A stretch of DNA of 63,768 bases from Actinomycetota bacterium (GCA_037445995.1 JBBIJK010000005.1:16433-80200), one strand, 5' to 3'; numbered from the stretch's first letter, positions 44,885-55,584 are shown. The notes: a model not told the origin generated them from the letters alone. Numbers and translations: made by a program.

Positions 44885-46374
44885 GGAATCACCCCGGCGC
44901 CCACCATCGCCGTTCCCGACTCGACCAGGCGGGTCAGGAGAGGCACGGCGAACAGGAGCAGGGACGCGCAGGCGGCGAGCCCCAGCGGGACCCACTCGGT
45001 GCGCAACGGCTTGAGGTTGCCGACGGGTCCGGGACGGTCACCGGGGTCCGCGATGAAATGCGCGAGCACACGGAACATGTAGGCGGCGGCGAGGAGCCCC
45101 CCGACGACCACGACGAGGGCCCACCACCATTGGCCGGCCTCGAGCGAAGCGCCGACCAGCAGCCACTTGGCCGCGAACCCGCCGCTCGGCGGGAGTCCCA
45201 TCATCGTGACGCCCGCAAGGGCGAACGTGGCGGCGAGCACGGGGGTCCGACGCGCGGCGCCCGCGAGATCGGCGATGCGGTCATGGCCGTATCGCTTGAG
45301 CGCCATGCCGGCCGCAAGGAACATCGCGGCCTTGGCCAGGCCGTGCGAGGTCGCGTGCACGAGCGTGCCGAGAAGCGCGGTGGGCAGCACGGTGCCGCCA
45401 GCGGCGGCGAGCGGGAAGATGATGAACAGGTAGCCGACCTGGGCGACCGTGGAGTACGCGACCATCAGCTTCAGCCGTTGCTGGAACAGCGCCTGCAGCG
45501 AACCCCAGACGATCGCGGCCCCGCCCAGCACCCCGAGCAGCACCCGCGCATCGCCGAGGTAGCCAGGCGGCATCACGTCGAGGAGCAGGCGGAGCACCAC
45601 GAAGAACGAGCCCTTGACCACGAGCGCGGAGAGCACCGCGCTCACCGGTGCCGGGGCGGCCGCGTGCGCGCTCGGCAGCCAGAAGTGCAGCGGCACGAGG
45701 GCGGTCTTGAGCAGGAGCGCCGCTATCATGAGCGCAAGACCCGTCTGCGCGGCCACCGAGTGGTCGAGTGACTCCGCGAGTTGGCGCATGTCGAGCCGCC
45801 CGGCCGCCCCGTACAGCAGCGCCACACCGAGCAGGTACGTCATCGCGCCGAAGATGCTCGCGAACATGTACCGCATGCCCGCGCGAAGCGGCTCGGCACC
45901 CTCGGAGATAGTCACGAGCGCGACCGCCGAGAGCCCCACCAGCTCGAGGCAGACGTATACGTTGAACACATCGCCCGTGAGGAACAGGGCGTTGAGCGAC
46001 GCCCACATGAAAAGCCACAGCGTCCAGAACATGCCGTGACCGGGTCCGGGGTCGTCGGCCGTCGCGGGCCTGAAATAGCCGGTGGCAAAGACCGTGACGG
46101 CCAAACCGACTACGCCGACGAGCACGAGGAACACCGCCGCGGTCCCGTCAGCGATCAGGTTGATGCCGAGCGGCGCACCCCACCCGCCGATCGCGTAGCT
46201 CACGGGGCCCGTCGTGACAGCGAGCCACGCCATCGCCGCCGCGAGCGCAGCTGTCAGGGCACCGGTCACGAGCGCTATCCACGAGGCGGCCCGGGGCCCG
46301 ACCACGAAGGCGACGGCCGCGGCGGCGAGCGGTACGACGACGAGGAGCGCCGGGAGATGGAGCGCGAGGCTCAT
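44881..46374 (-). CDS. mrpD: Mrp/Mnh subunit D-like proton-conducting membrane protein, copy 1
   Basis: ORF 44881..46707. The real start is MSLALHLPALLVV (ATG 46374, ATGA overlap with the mrpC stop). Motifs DVFNVYVCLELVGLSAVALV, HFWLPSAH, AYSTVAQVGYL and SHGLAKAAMFL. Confidence 0.8.
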   Translation of the reverse strand: MSLALHLPALLVVVPLAAAAVAFVVGPRAASWIALVTGALTAALAAAMAWLAVTTGPVSYAIGGWGAPLGINLIADGTAAVFLVLVGVVGLAVTVFATGYFRPATADDPGPGHGMFWTLWLFMWASLNALFLTGDVFNVYVCLELVGLSAVALVTISEGAEPLRAGMRYMFASIFGAMTYLLGVALLYGAAGRLDMRQLAESLDHSVAAQTGLALMIAALLLKTALVPLHFWLPSAHAAAPAPVSAVLSALVVKGSFFVVLRLLLDVMPPGYLGDARVLLGVLGGAAIVWGSLQALFQQRLKLMVAYSTVAQVGYLFIIFPLAAAGGTVLPTALLGTLVHATSHGLAKAAMFLAAGMALKRYGHDRIADLAGAARRTPVLAATFALAGVTMMGLPPSGGFAAKWLLVGASLEAGQWWWALVVVVGGLLAAAYMFRVLAHFIADPGDRPGPVGNLKPLRTEWVPLGLAACASLLLFAVPLLTRLVESGTAMVGAGVIP

Positions 46375-46691
46375 CGTGCGCCCTCCTCCGGCTCGGGTGG
46401 CTCCATCGTGGTCAGGCCGGTCGCCGAGTAGTAGCGCTTGATGAGCGCCAGCGCCAGCGCGGTGAGCGCCACGGTCACGACGATGCCGGTGAGCACCATC
46501 GCCTGCGGCACGGGATCCGACGACGGCCCGTCGGACCTTCGGCCGAGCCCGATGAGGACCAGGAAGACCCCCGAACCGAGGAAGTTCGACGCGATGACCT
46601 TGTGCAGCAGGTGCTGGCGGACGAGCAGTCCGTACGCGCCCACCGCGAACAGGGCCGCGCCCGCGATCGAGTAGATGATCGCGGGGCTCAT
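46371..46691 (-). CDS. mrpC: Mrp/Mnh subunit C (NuoK-like)
   Basis: ORF 46371..47120. The real start is MSPAIIYSIAGAALFAVGAYGLLVRQHLLHKVIA (ATG 46691, ATGA overlap). About 106 aa with three TM helices. Confidence 0.8.
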   Translation of the reverse strand: MSPAIIYSIAGAALFAVGAYGLLVRQHLLHKVIASNFLGSGVFLVLIGLGRRSDGPSSDPVPQAMVLTGIVVTVALTALALALIKRYYSATGLTTMEPPEPEEGAR

Positions 46692-47380
46692 CAGCGATCG
46701 ACTCCATCTTCGGCGGATGCCGAGGAGAGGAACAGGATCGCGAGGCTCACGCCGATCGACAGTGTCAGCAGGAGCTCGATGACGAGGATGAGCGTCTTTC
46801 GGGCGCCGTCCGGATACTGCAACAGATCGCCCCCGGCGTAGATGGCGAGCAGCGAGATCGCGAGGAACGTCAGGACCCCCACAGCGAGCGTCGCCCGCAT
46901 GGCGCCCCGGCCGACCCACCGAGGACGCGCGAAGCCGCTCAGGGCCAGAAGGATGCTCGCGGCACCGAGCACCGCCCCCGCCTGGAAGGCGCCGCCGGGT
47001 TGACTCGCGCCGATCCAGACGAGATGGACGGCGGCTATCACGGCAAGCGGCACGAGCCCCTTGTTGAGAGTGGCGAGCACCGCCGTGGCGCGACGGGAGA
47101 TCGGCCGCCGCAGCACGCACGGTTCCTCACGCAGCGAGAGCACCGTAACGGTGGCGAGCATGAGCACGGCGACCTCGAGAAGTGTGTCGTACCCGCGGAA
47201 GTCGAGCAGGACCGCCGTCACCCTGTTCTTGAAGCCGATCGAATCGGCCGCTTGGGATACCTGTGTGGCAAGCCCCTGCCCGGTCGGCGGGATCGACAGC
47301 ACGGCGCGCACGATGACGACGAAGACTGCGAGACTCACGATGCCGGGCAGCGCCGGCAGGGTACGCGACGGCCTAGACAT
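46691..47380 (-). CDS. mrpB: Mrp/Mnh subunit B
   Basis: ORF 46691..47464. Probable start is MSRPSRTLPAL (47380). Hallmarks NRVTAVLLDFRGYDTLLEVAV and PGGAFQAG. Confidence 0.75.
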   Translation of the reverse strand: MSRPSRTLPALPGIVSLAVFVVIVRAVLSIPPTGQGLATQVSQAADSIGFKNRVTAVLLDFRGYDTLLEVAVLMLATVTVLSLREEPCVLRRPISRRATAVLATLNKGLVPLAVIAAVHLVWIGASQPGGAFQAGAVLGAASILLALSGFARPRWVGRGAMRATLAVGVLTFLAISLLAIYAGGDLLQYPDGARKTLILVIELLLTLSIGVSLAILFLSSASAEDGVDR

Positions 47381-47657
47381 CGCCGGGCTCCGCGGCGGGG
47401 AGCTTTGTGGGATAGGGCGTCCGGCGCCTGCGGATGTGACCGACCGCGTCGAGCATGAGGGCACCCGTCACGCCCGCTCCGAGGGCCGCCTCGGCCAGCG
47501 CGACATCGGGAGCGCCGAGTCGCACCCACACGATCGCAAGGAACAGGCCGAACACGATGAACATGACGACCGACTTGAACAGCTTCACCTCGCTGAGCGA
47601 GACGATGGCGATCCACACGAGCAGCCCTGCGAGCAGCAGGTCGAAAACCGCGCTCAT
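47373..47657 (-). CDS. MbhD / MrpA-C-terminal-like small membrane subunit (DUF4040-type)
   Basis: 94 aa, with the motif LGAPDVALAEAALGAGVTG typical of this subunit. Confidence 0.65.
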   Translation of the reverse strand: MSAVFDLLLAGLLVWIAIVSLSEVKLFKSVVMFIVFGLFLAIVWVRLGAPDVALAEAALGAGVTGALMLDAVGHIRRRRTPYPTKLPAAEPGDV

Positions 47658-47977
47658 TCAGCGGCCTCCTTGGTCCACGGCTCCACACCAGCGGAACGCG
47701 CCGCCTCTGCGACCAGATAGCAGGCGGTGGCACTGGCGGCCAGAATCAGCAGCCAGACGAGCAGCAGCTTGAGCCCGACGATCGCGGAGCCCGACCGGAT
47801 CGCGAGCCCCACGCACACGAGCCCGAGACCGAGGTTGTCAGCCTTGGTGAGGGCGTGCAGCCGTGTGTAGACGTCGGGGAACCGCACAAGACCGACCGAC
47901 CCGGCGAGCAAGAAGAATGCGCCGGCCAGGTAGAAACCGTACTCAAGCATGACGCCGAGGATCTCGAGCGACGGCAT
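47654..47977 (-). CDS. mrpG: Mrp/Mnh subunit G
   Basis: ORF 47654..47995. ATG at 47977 overlaps the mrpF stop. Motif GLVRFPDVYTRLHALTKADNLGLGL. Confidence 0.8.
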   Translation of the reverse strand: MPSLEILGVMLEYGFYLAGAFFLLAGSVGLVRFPDVYTRLHALTKADNLGLGLVCVGLAIRSGSAIVGLKLLLVWLLILAASATACYLVAEAARSAGVEPWTKEAAE

Positions 47978-48237
47978 CAGTCTCCCGCCCCCCATGCGCG
48001 CCGCACGAACGCCACCGCTGTGATGGCGCCGAGCAGCGCGAACACCAGCGCCGCGTCTCGCGACCCCGCGGTGCCGGTGGCTTCGGCGACCACCAGCACC
48101 AGAGCCGTGCCGGTCGTACCGAACAGCATCGCGGCCAGCATGCGGTCCGCGCCGGTCGGTCCGCGCTGGATCCGCAGGATCCCGAGGAACGCGGTGACTA
48201 TGAGTACGGACGCGAGCCCTGCGAGTACGGGGTCCAT
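47977..48237 (-). CDS. mrpF: Mrp/Mnh subunit F
   Basis: About 86 aa, three TM helices, motif RIQRGPTGADRMLAAMLFGTTG. ATG 48237 overlaps the mrpE stop. Confidence 0.75.
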   Translation of the reverse strand: MDPVLAGLASVLIVTAFLGILRIQRGPTGADRMLAAMLFGTTGTALVLVVAEATGTAGSRDAALVFALLGAITAVAFVRRAWGAGD

Positions 48238-48728
48238 CACGCTACCCGCTCTGCGGGCGGCCCGAGTGTCAGGCCGAAAACCTCGGCCACGCGCCGCTCC
48301 ACGACCTCGACCTCTTCGAGGGCCGCCGGGTTGTGGTCGAGTACGTGCACCATCAGGTAGTCGCGGTCGAGGTGTGCGCTCAGGGTGCCTGGTAGCAAAC
48401 TCACCGTGTTGGCGAACATGACCCTGACGGCGATCGGCTCGATGCGCAAAGGGTAGGCAACCATGCCTGGGTCTATCGGCAGGCTAGGGTGCATGGCCCG
48501 CGACGCGACATCGATGCCGCCGCGCACCGACTGGAAGGCGAAGAAGCCTATGAATCGGAGAAGGCCGGGGAGGCTTAATCCGAGCGGGCTGCCCGGGGCG
48601 AGCGCCAGAGATGCGGCCGCGGCGAACAACGCCGCGGCCATGCCTACGCCCAGCGCCGCCACATCGCCTTCGGACACGACGAACCACAGGCAGACGGCCA
48701 CGAGCCACCGCATCGTGAACTGTCGCAT
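48237..48728 (-). CDS. mrpE: Mrp/Mnh subunit E
   Basis: ORF 48237..48821. Probable start is MRQFTMRWLVAVCLWFVVSE (48728 or 48713). The C-terminal half with ANTVSLLPGTLS is typical of MnhE. Confidence 0.7.
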   Translation of the reverse strand: MRQFTMRWLVAVCLWFVVSEGDVAALGVGMAAALFAAAASLALAPGSPLGLSLPGLLRFIGFFAFQSVRGGIDVASRAMHPSLPIDPGMVAYPLRIEPIAVRVMFANTVSLLPGTLSAHLDRDYLMVHVLDHNPAALEEVEVVERRVAEVFGLTLGPPAERVA

Positions 48729-49053
48729 TCGCTTCAGGTGGGGCCTCCCGGGAGTCAAAGCCACGCCTTCATGTCGCCAGCAGGTGTCCGGGTCGTCGCC
48801 CACGATAAGTCCTGAAGACATGGGAGCCCGATTCGTTGAGGCAATATCTTGAGGTAGGTGGAGCTGAAGCGCTACCCCCCGTCGTCAACCATTTTGAGCC
48901 ACAGCCGACACGGCCGACCCTCGACTCGATCCTGCAGCCCCTGCTGTCCATCACGGAAGCACTGACGATCTGTTCAGCCCCGGCCTAGCCCGATGCTGTT
49001 GTCTGGAAGACAAGACAGGCCGGAGGCTTATGGCCTCCAGCCTGCGGTGATCA

Positions 49054-49129
<76 letters not shown>

Positions 49130-49196
49130 GTGGAGCGAACGATATTCTACACGGTCGGAGGCTCCTCGCAAGGGCTTCTCCGCACCGCGCGCAGCC

Positions 49197-50306
49197 CTAC
49201 AACGCGCTGACCACCAGATCCCCCATGCGGGCGGTCCCGACCACCATCTCGGCGGGCGTCTCGCCGCTGGCGATGTCGGCGGTCCTCCACCCGAAGTCGA
49301 GCACCCGGGCGATCGCCGCCCCGAGCCCGTCGGCCGCCGCATCCATCCCGAGGCTGTGGCGGAGGAGGAGCTCCACAGACAGCAGCATCGCCAGCGGGTT
49401 GGCGACTCCCCGGCCCGCGATGTCGGGCGCGCTTCCGTGGCTCGGCTCGTACAGCGCCGCGCCATCACCCAGCGACGCGGAGGCGAGCATCCCGAGCGAG
49501 CCGGTCAGCATCGAGGCCTCGTCCGACAGGATGTCACCGAACATGTTCTCGGTCACCACCACGTCGAACTGGGCCGGCCTGCGGACCAGCTGCATCGCCG
49601 TATTGTCCACGAGCTGGTCGTGGAGCTCGACGTCGGGATACTCCTCGCGATGGACGCGGTGGACGACCTCCCGCCACATCCTCGAGGACTCAAGGACGTT
49701 GGCCTTGTCCACCGAGTGGACGAGGTTGCGCCGCTCCCTGGCGATCTCGAAGGCGACGCGCGCGATCCGCTCCACCTCGTACTCGCGGTACTCCATGGTG
49801 TCGAACGCCCTCTGACCCGCGGCGCCACCGGAACCGGCCCCCGCCACGTCGTACTGCCGGCCCCTGTCGCCGAAGTACAGCCCGCCGGTCAACTCGCGGA
49901 CGATGACCATGTCGACCCCGGTGAGCGCCTCGGGCTTGAGCGACGAGGCGTCGGCAAGCGGGGGGAAGAGGCGGACCGGCCTTAGGTTTGCGTACACGCC
50001 AAGCGCCTTGCGAAGCCCGAGCAGACCCTGTTCGGGCCTTGGTCTGGCAGGATCGGTCGTGTCCCATTTCGGCCCGCCGATCGCCGCCAGCAGCACGGCG
50101 TCCGCGGCGTGAGCCTCCGCCAGGGTCGCCTCGGGGAGTGGCGACCCTGTCTCGTCGATGGCCGCCCCGCCCATCGGGGCCTCGCGGACATCGAAGTCGA
50201 TGCCGTGCAGCTCGCCCACGGCGCGCAGGACCTTGACCGCTTCGGCGCTGACCTCGGGGCCGATACCGTCACCGGGGAGCAGGCATACGCGACAGCCGAT
50301 GCTCAT
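49197..50306 (-). CDS. leuB: 3-isopropylmalate dehydrogenase
   Basis: 369 aa. Contains [10 protein letters not shown], the NLFGDILSD-type motif ([21 protein letters not shown]) and GSAPDIAG. Confidence 0.95.
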   Translation of the reverse strand: MSIGCRVCLLPGDGIGPEVSAEAVKVLRAVGELHGIDFDVREAPMGGAAIDETGSPLPEATLAEAHAADAVLLAAIGGPKWDTTDPARPRPEQGLLGLRKALGVYANLRPVRLFPPLADASSLKPEALTGVDMVIVRELTGGLYFGDRGRQYDVAGAGSGGAAGQRAFDTMEYREYEVERIARVAFEIARERRNLVHSVDKANVLESSRMWREVVHRVHREEYPDVELHDQLVDNTAMQLVRRPAQFDVVVTENMFGDILSDEASMLTGSLGMLASASLGDGAALYEPSHGSAPDIAGRGVANPLAMLLSVELLLRHSLGMDAAADGLGAAIARVLDFGWRTADIASGETPAEMVVGTARMGDLVVSAL

Positions 50307-50800
50307 CGGCCAGCCATCTTCTCCTTGGCCGCCTCGACCAGGCCGCCCTTCTCGATGATGGCCTTCACGAACGGCGGGAACGGCTGCGCCGCGAAGGTTT
50401 CGCCGGAGGTCTCATTGGTGATCAGCCCGGCATCCGCGTCCACGGTGACGCTGTCACCGTCCCGTATGCCGTCGACCGCCTCGGGCGACTCCATGATCGG
50501 CAGCCCTGTGTTGATCGCGTTGCGGTAGAAGATGCGCGCGAAGCTCTTGGCTATCACCACCGACACGCCGGCCGCCTTGATGGAGATCGGCGCGTGCTCG
50601 CGGCTGGAACCGCATCCGAAGTTCTCCTCGGCCACGATGATGTCACCGGGAGCCACCCTGGACACGAACGCCGGGTCAAGGTCCTCCATGCAGTGAGCGG
50701 CCAGCTCCGCCGCATCGGAGGTGTTGAGATAGCGCGCCGGGATGATCACGTCCGTGTCGATGTCGCGGCCGTAACGATGAGCCTTCCCCTGGAACCTCAC
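50303..50800 (-). CDS. leuD: 3-isopropylmalate dehydratase small subunit
   Basis: ORF 50303..50878. Likely GTG start at 50800 ([25 protein letters not shown]) preceded by GGGAGGG. Contains [10 protein letters not shown]. Confidence 0.9.
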   Translation of the reverse strand: MRFQGKAHRYGRDIDTDVIIPARYLNTSDAAELAAHCMEDLDPAFVSRVAPGDIIVAEENFGCGSSREHAPISIKAAGVSVVIAKSFARIFYRNAINTGLPIMESPEAVDGIRDGDSVTVDADAGLITNETSGETFAAQPFPPFVKAIIEKGGLVEAAKEKMAGR

Positions 50801-50868
50801 GTGAGCCCTCCCTGTCCTGCGCCCCGCGCCGTGGCGAGCGTGCGCTATTGATACCATAGTCGCGGCCC

Positions 50869-52707
50869 ATGGGGGCATCGAACAAGCTGTCTGTCGGGAG
50901 GAACATGCGAGACGTGACGTCGACGCCGGTGTCGGACCGCCCTGCGATGACGCTCGCCCTGTGGGTGACGGCCGCGATGGCCCTCAGCGTCATCGCGCTG
51001 CCTGTGGCCGCCGCCGCGGTCGCCGCGACGATGGCAGGGCTTGCCGGAGCGGCGCTGCTCGCGGCCCAGGCGGCCCTGAGGCCGTCGACCCTCGTCCCCC
51101 GGGCGCTGCCCGCGCTGGGAGCTCTGCTGCTGCTCGCGGGCTGGATGACCCTGACCTCAGCCCTCGCCATCGAGCCGCGAGTCTCGTTCTTCGGGCTCGT
51201 CGGCCAGCACGACGGCGCGCTGTTGTGGGTCGTGTGCGCGGTACTCGCTTGGTCGGCGGCCGCGATGGCGGGTCCTCGGACGCTGCGTCTGCTCGTAGCC
51301 GCGATCTCGGTCCTGGGCGGGGTGTTCGCCGTCGGGGCCGTCCTGGACGCGGCCGGCGTGCTCGACCGTCTGGGACGGTTCTCCATAGAAGCTTCGGGGT
51401 TCCTCGAGAACTCCCTGTCCCTCGGGCAGCTGCTCGTGCTGTCCTTGGGATGCTCGATCGCTTGGGCCATGACCGCGAGGGAGCCGGGCGCCAAGCTGGT
51501 CGCTGGGGTGTTGGGGGCGGCGTCCCTGATGGGCCTGATGCTGGCCCAGTCGCGCGCCGCCTGGCTGGCGCTCGTCGCGGCCGTCGTCATCGCGGCGGCT
51601 CTTCACAGGGCGAGCGCCAGGACCCGCCGGATCGCCCTCGTCACGGCGGTCGCCATCACGCTGGCGACGGTCGCCCTGATGCCCGCCGCGCTCGACGGCA
51701 GGCTCGGCGAGGGGCCGGTTCGCGCCGTGAAGGCCCTGGTGGCGGACCGGGCCAACATCTGGGGCACGGCCTACACCATCGCTGGCACCGACCCGTATCT
51801 GGGCAGGGGTCCCGACCAGTTCTCCTGCTGGGGCACCTGGACCGTCAACGACCCCGCCATCGTCGAATCGACCGGCGTCCACGACCCGCACGACGTCCTG
51901 CTGTACCTGCTGGTGTCCGCCGGCGTGCCCGGCCTGCTGCTCGGATCCGCGGCCTTCGCGCTCTTCGGCGACGCCCTGATCCGCTCCACCGCCGGCCGAG
52001 GCGGGATGGCGATGACCGTCCTGTGGGCCGCCCTGCTGGCATGGGCGCTCTCCCTGCGGCTCGCCTGGGTCTCCCCCATGCCGGCGTTCGTCGCCTCGCT
52101 GCTCGCAGGTGTGATCCTCGGGACCGTCACCACCGGTCAGGCGCTCCCGGGCCGCTGGGTCCGGCCGCCTGCATGGTTGGCGGCGGCCGGGTGCGCGACG
52201 TTGTTCGTCCTGCTTGCGGGACCGGCCTTCACCGAGATCCGCTGGGCCGTCGCCGACCACACCCGGAGAGCCCCGGCGGAGGTCCTCGAGGCGGACTACG
52301 CATCCTGGCCCGACGCGACCTACGCCCGCGTGGCGTTGGAGAAGCGCATGGCCGCGGGCTCCGACGCCGACCTCAAGAAAGCGCTCGAGCTGGCTGCCGT
52401 CGCCGCGCCGCAGATGGGCTACGACGTGGACCTCGCGCTGACGTCCGCGCGCCTTCACCAGCACTACGGTGTCCGGACCGGCATAGAGACGACCAAGGGG
52501 TTCTCCGCCGCGCTGGACGCTGGCCGGTCCGCCGACCCTGACTCGGGGTTGTGGGACTACATCGACGCGTTGGCGGCGTCGCTGCGAAACGACGAACCGG
52601 GGTTCCTCAGGGCGGCCTCGGCGGCTCTCTCGCACCAGCTGCCGCCGGTCGCTGAGGAGAGGCTTCGGGCCGAACTCGCGGCCCGCTCGAAGTCGAAGAC
52701 CCCCTAG
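50869..52707 (+). CDS. O-antigen ligase (Wzy_C)-like polytopic membrane protein with a soluble helical C-terminal domain
   Basis: 612-aa ORF (alternative starts at 50905 and 50947). Multiple TM helices, [43 protein letters not shown] and [20 protein letters not shown], which match the O-antigen ligase loop pattern. Its stop overlaps the leuC stop in a CTAG. Confidence 0.65.
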   Translation: MGASNKLSVGRNMRDVTSTPVSDRPAMTLALWVTAAMALSVIALPVAAAAVAATMAGLAGAALLAAQAALRPSTLVPRALPALGALLLLAGWMTLTSALAIEPRVSFFGLVGQHDGALLWVVCAVLAWSAAAMAGPRTLRLLVAAISVLGGVFAVGAVLDAAGVLDRLGRFSIEASGFLENSLSLGQLLVLSLGCSIAWAMTAREPGAKLVAGVLGAASLMGLMLAQSRAAWLALVAAVVIAAALHRASARTRRIALVTAVAITLATVALMPAALDGRLGEGPVRAVKALVADRANIWGTAYTIAGTDPYLGRGPDQFSCWGTWTVNDPAIVESTGVHDPHDVLLYLLVSAGVPGLLLGSAAFALFGDALIRSTAGRGGMAMTVLWAALLAWALSLRLAWVSPMPAFVASLLAGVILGTVTTGQALPGRWVRPPAWLAAAGCATLFVLLAGPAFTEIRWAVADHTRRAPAEVLEADYASWPDATYARVALEKRMAAGSDADLKKALELAAVAAPQMGYDVDLALTSARLHQHYGVRTGIETTKGFSAALDAGRSADPDSGLWDYIDALAASLRNDEPGFLRAASAALSHQLPPVAEERLRAELAARSKSKTP

Positions 52708-53972
52708 CCCAGGTCCTCGGGTATCGCGATGCGCCCGGCGACCGCCGTGGCGGCGGCCACGGCCGGGGACGCCAAGTAGACCTCCGACGTCGGGTCGCCC
52801 ATGCGCCCGACGAAGTTGCGGTTGGTGGTGGCCACCGCCCGCTCCCCAGCGGCCAGGATTCCCATGTGCCCGCCGAGGCACGGACCGCACGTCGGCGTGG
52901 ACACCGCAGCCCCGGCGTCAAGGAAGACGTCGAACAGACCCTCATCCATGGACTGGCGCCATATCGCCTGCGTGGCCGGGATGATGATCAGGCGGACGTC
53001 GGGGTGGACCCTCCGGCCCCTCAGCACCTCGGCCGTGACCCTCATGTCCTCCATCCGCCCGTTCGTGCAAGACCCGATCACGACCTGGTCGACCGTGACG
53101 TCCCGGGAATCGGCGGCCGCGCGGGTGTTGCTGGGCAGGTGCGGGAAGGAGACCGTGGGCACGATCTCGGAGGCGTCAATCTCGATGGTCCGGGCGTACG
53201 CGGCGTCCTCGTCCGACAGGTGGATCTCCCACTGGCGCTGGGCGCGCGGACCGCAGTAGTCGGCGGTGACACCGTCGAACGCGATGATCCCGCTCTTGCC
53301 GCCGGCCTCGATCGCCATGTTGCAGACGGTCTGGCGCGCGTCCATGTCCAGCGCCGTGATGGTCGACCCGGTGAACTCCATGGCCTGGTAGAGGGCGCCG
53401 TCGACGCCTATCAGGCCGATGATGTGGAGGATGAGGTCCTTCGAGGAGACCCATGCGCCAAGCTCGCCCTCCACGACGAACTTGATGGAGGAGGGCACCT
53501 TGAACCAGGCCTCGCCGGTCGCCATGCCGACGGCGGCGTCCGTGGACCCGACACCCGTCGCGAACGCTCCGAGGGCGCCGTACGTGCAGGTGTGCGAGTC
53601 GGCGCCGATGACGACGTCACCGGGGACCACGACCCCCTGCTCGGGCAGGAGCGCGTGCTCGACGCCCATGCAACCGATCTCGTAGTAGTGCGTGATCCCC
53701 TGCTCGCGAGCGAAATCGCGCATCATCTTGGCCTGCTCGGCGGACTTGATGTCCTTGTTGGGGGTGTAGTGGTCAGGCACGAGGGCGATCCTGTCGCGGT
53801 CCCAGACCCTGTCCACGCCGATCTTGCGGAACTCCTTGATCGCGATAGGGGCGGTCACGTCGTTGGCCAGAACGATGTCCAGACGGCACTCGATCAGCTG
53901 CCCAGGCACGACCTCCTCAAGGTCGGCATGGGCTGCGAGGATCTTCTCGGTGATCGTCATCGGGCGGGGCAT
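52704..53972 (-). CDS. leuC: 3-isopropylmalate dehydratase large subunit (short, archaeal/actinobacterial type)
   Basis: 422 aa. Aconitase-family Fe-S ligand regions [23 protein letters not shown] and PTCGPCLGG. Confidence 0.9.
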   Translation of the reverse strand: MPRPMTITEKILAAHADLEEVVPGQLIECRLDIVLANDVTAPIAIKEFRKIGVDRVWDRDRIALVPDHYTPNKDIKSAEQAKMMRDFAREQGITHYYEIGCMGVEHALLPEQGVVVPGDVVIGADSHTCTYGALGAFATGVGSTDAAVGMATGEAWFKVPSSIKFVVEGELGAWVSSKDLILHIIGLIGVDGALYQAMEFTGSTITALDMDARQTVCNMAIEAGGKSGIIAFDGVTADYCGPRAQRQWEIHLSDEDAAYARTIEIDASEIVPTVSFPHLPSNTRAAADSRDVTVDQVVIGSCTNGRMEDMRVTAEVLRGRRVHPDVRLIIIPATQAIWRQSMDEGLFDVFLDAGAAVSTPTCGPCLGGHMGILAAGERAVATTNRNFVGRMGDPTSEVYLASPAVAAATAVAGRIAIPEDLG

Positions 53973-54024
53973 CTAGGCTCCTTCTGTGGGGCTCGGGGTC
54001 GGTCGCGGACAACAGGAGCGGTGG

Positions 54025-55584
54025 TCACACCTCGTCTTGGACGTTCGGCCGATCCGCGGTCATCAGCCGGTTGAGCGCGTTGATGTAGGCCTTGCCTGAC
54101 GCGACGATGATGTCGGTGTGCGAACCGCGGCCCGTGAACACGTCCCCGGCGCCGCTCCGAACCCGTATCGTGACCTCTCCTTGGGCGTCGATCCCCTTGG
54201 TCACGGACTTGACCGAGAACTCGATCAGCTCGTTGTCCACGTCGATGATCCGGTTCACGGCGCGGTAGACGGCGTCCACCGGCCCGGTGCCGTGACTGGA
54301 ATCGACGAGGCACACCCCGTCGGCATCGACCAACTCGACGGTGGCGGTGGGTATCCCGGGCTCGCCGCATACGACCTGGACGCGCTCCAGGTGGTAGATC
54401 TCGGACAGACCTCGCTCGCGGTCGGACACCAGCGCTTCGAGGTCCTCGTCCCAGACCTCCTTCTTCTTGTCGGCGAGGTCGAGGAAGGCCGCGTAGATCT
54501 CCTCGAAATCCGACCCCTCAAGGTTGAACCCGAGCTCGGTCAGGCGGTGCTTGAGCGCGTGCCGCCCCGACCGGGCCGTGAGCACGATGCTGGTGCCTCC
54601 GGCGCCGACCTCCACGGGGTCGATTATCTCGTAGGTGGAGCGCTCCTTGAGCACGCCGTCCTGGTGGATGCCGCTGCTGTGCGCGAAGGCGTTCGCGCCC
54701 ACGATCGCCTTGTTGGGCTGCACGACGATGCCGGTGATGTTGGAGACCAGACGCGACGTCCGGGTGATCTCGCGCGAGTTCACCCCGGTGTCGCAGCCGA
54801 ACACGTCCCTGCGAGCGCGGATCGCCATCACAACCTCCTCGAGGGAGGTGTTGCCGGCGCGCTCACCGATCCCGTTCACGGTGCACTCCACCTGCCTGGC
54901 GCCGTTGGCCACACCCGCAAGAGCGTTGGCCGTGGCCATCCCGAGGTCGTTGTGGCAGTGGACGGAGATGGTCACGTCCTCGATGCCTGCGACGTTCTCG
55001 CGAAGCCCGGCGATGAGCGCGCCGAACTCGTCGGGCCAGGCGTACCCGGTCGTGTCGGGGATGTTGACCACGGTGGCGCCAGCGCCGATCGCCGCCTCGA
55101 CCATCCTGTAGAGGAACGCCGGCTCAGCGCGGCCAGCGTCCTCGGCGTAGAACTCCACGTCGTCGGTGAAGCTCCTGGCGAGCCTGACGGCCGCGACCGC
55201 CCGCTCCAGCGCCTCCTCGCGGGATATCTTGAACTTGTGGGCCAGGTGGTTGTCCGAGACGCCGATGCCCGTGTGGATCCTGGGCCTCGACGCCGTCTTG
55301 AGCGCGTCGGCGGCGGCCTCGATGTCCTTGGGTATCGCGCGCGAAAGGCCGCACACCACAGCCGCGTCCCCGACCTCCTCGCCGATGCGGCGCACGCTGT
55401 CGAAGTCGCCGGGGCTGGAGATGGGGAACCCCGCCTCGATCACGTCGACGCCGAGACGAACGAGCTGCCTGGCGATCTCGAGCTTCTCGTCGGTGTTCAT
55501 GCTGGCGCCCGGCGACTGCTCGCCGTCCCGGAGCGTCGTGTCGAACACCCACAGCCTGTCGCCGCTCATCGCTCCTAGCTCCAT
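54025..55584 (-). CDS. leuA: 2-isopropylmalate synthase
   Basis: 519 aa. Contains DTTLRDGEQSPG, the HCHNDLGMATAN motif and a C-terminal LeuA regulatory domain. Confidence 0.95.
   Translation of the reverse strand: MELGAMSGDRLWVFDTTLRDGEQSPGASMNTDEKLEIARQLVRLGVDVIEAGFPISSPGDFDSVRRIGEEVGDAAVVCGLSRAIPKDIEAAADALKTASRPRIHTGIGVSDNHLAHKFKISREEALERAVAAVRLARSFTDDVEFYAEDAGRAEPAFLYRMVEAAIGAGATVVNIPDTTGYAWPDEFGALIAGLRENVAGIEDVTISVHCHNDLGMATANALAGVANGARQVECTVNGIGERAGNTSLEEVVMAIRARRDVFGCDTGVNSREITRTSRLVSNITGIVVQPNKAIVGANAFAHSSGIHQDGVLKERSTYEIIDPVEVGAGGTSIVLTARSGRHALKHRLTELGFNLEGSDFEEIYAAFLDLADKKKEVWDEDLEALVSDRERGLSEIYHLERVQVVCGEPGIPTATVELVDADGVCLVDSSHGTGPVDAVYRAVNRIIDVDNELIEFSVKSVTKGIDAQGEVTIRVRSGAGDVFTGRGSHTDIIVASGKAYINALNRLMTADRPNVQDEV

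Noticed and set aside
48729-49053. Gene-free stretch next to tRNA-Lys, examined for an integrase or recombinase remnant or a small ORF (48769..48954).
   Set aside because: No recombinase-like motif is recognisable by eye in any frame. The 61-aa ORF has no start context. It is probably the promoter/5' region of the mrp-like operon, and a tblastn search would be needed to exclude a decayed integrase.
50676-52890. Minus-strand ORFs 50676..51590 and 51157..52890 opposite the O-antigen-ligase-like gene.
   Set aside because: Their translations are extremely Arg/Gly/Pro-rich. The plus frame gives coherent TM helices and the Wzy_C loop pattern.
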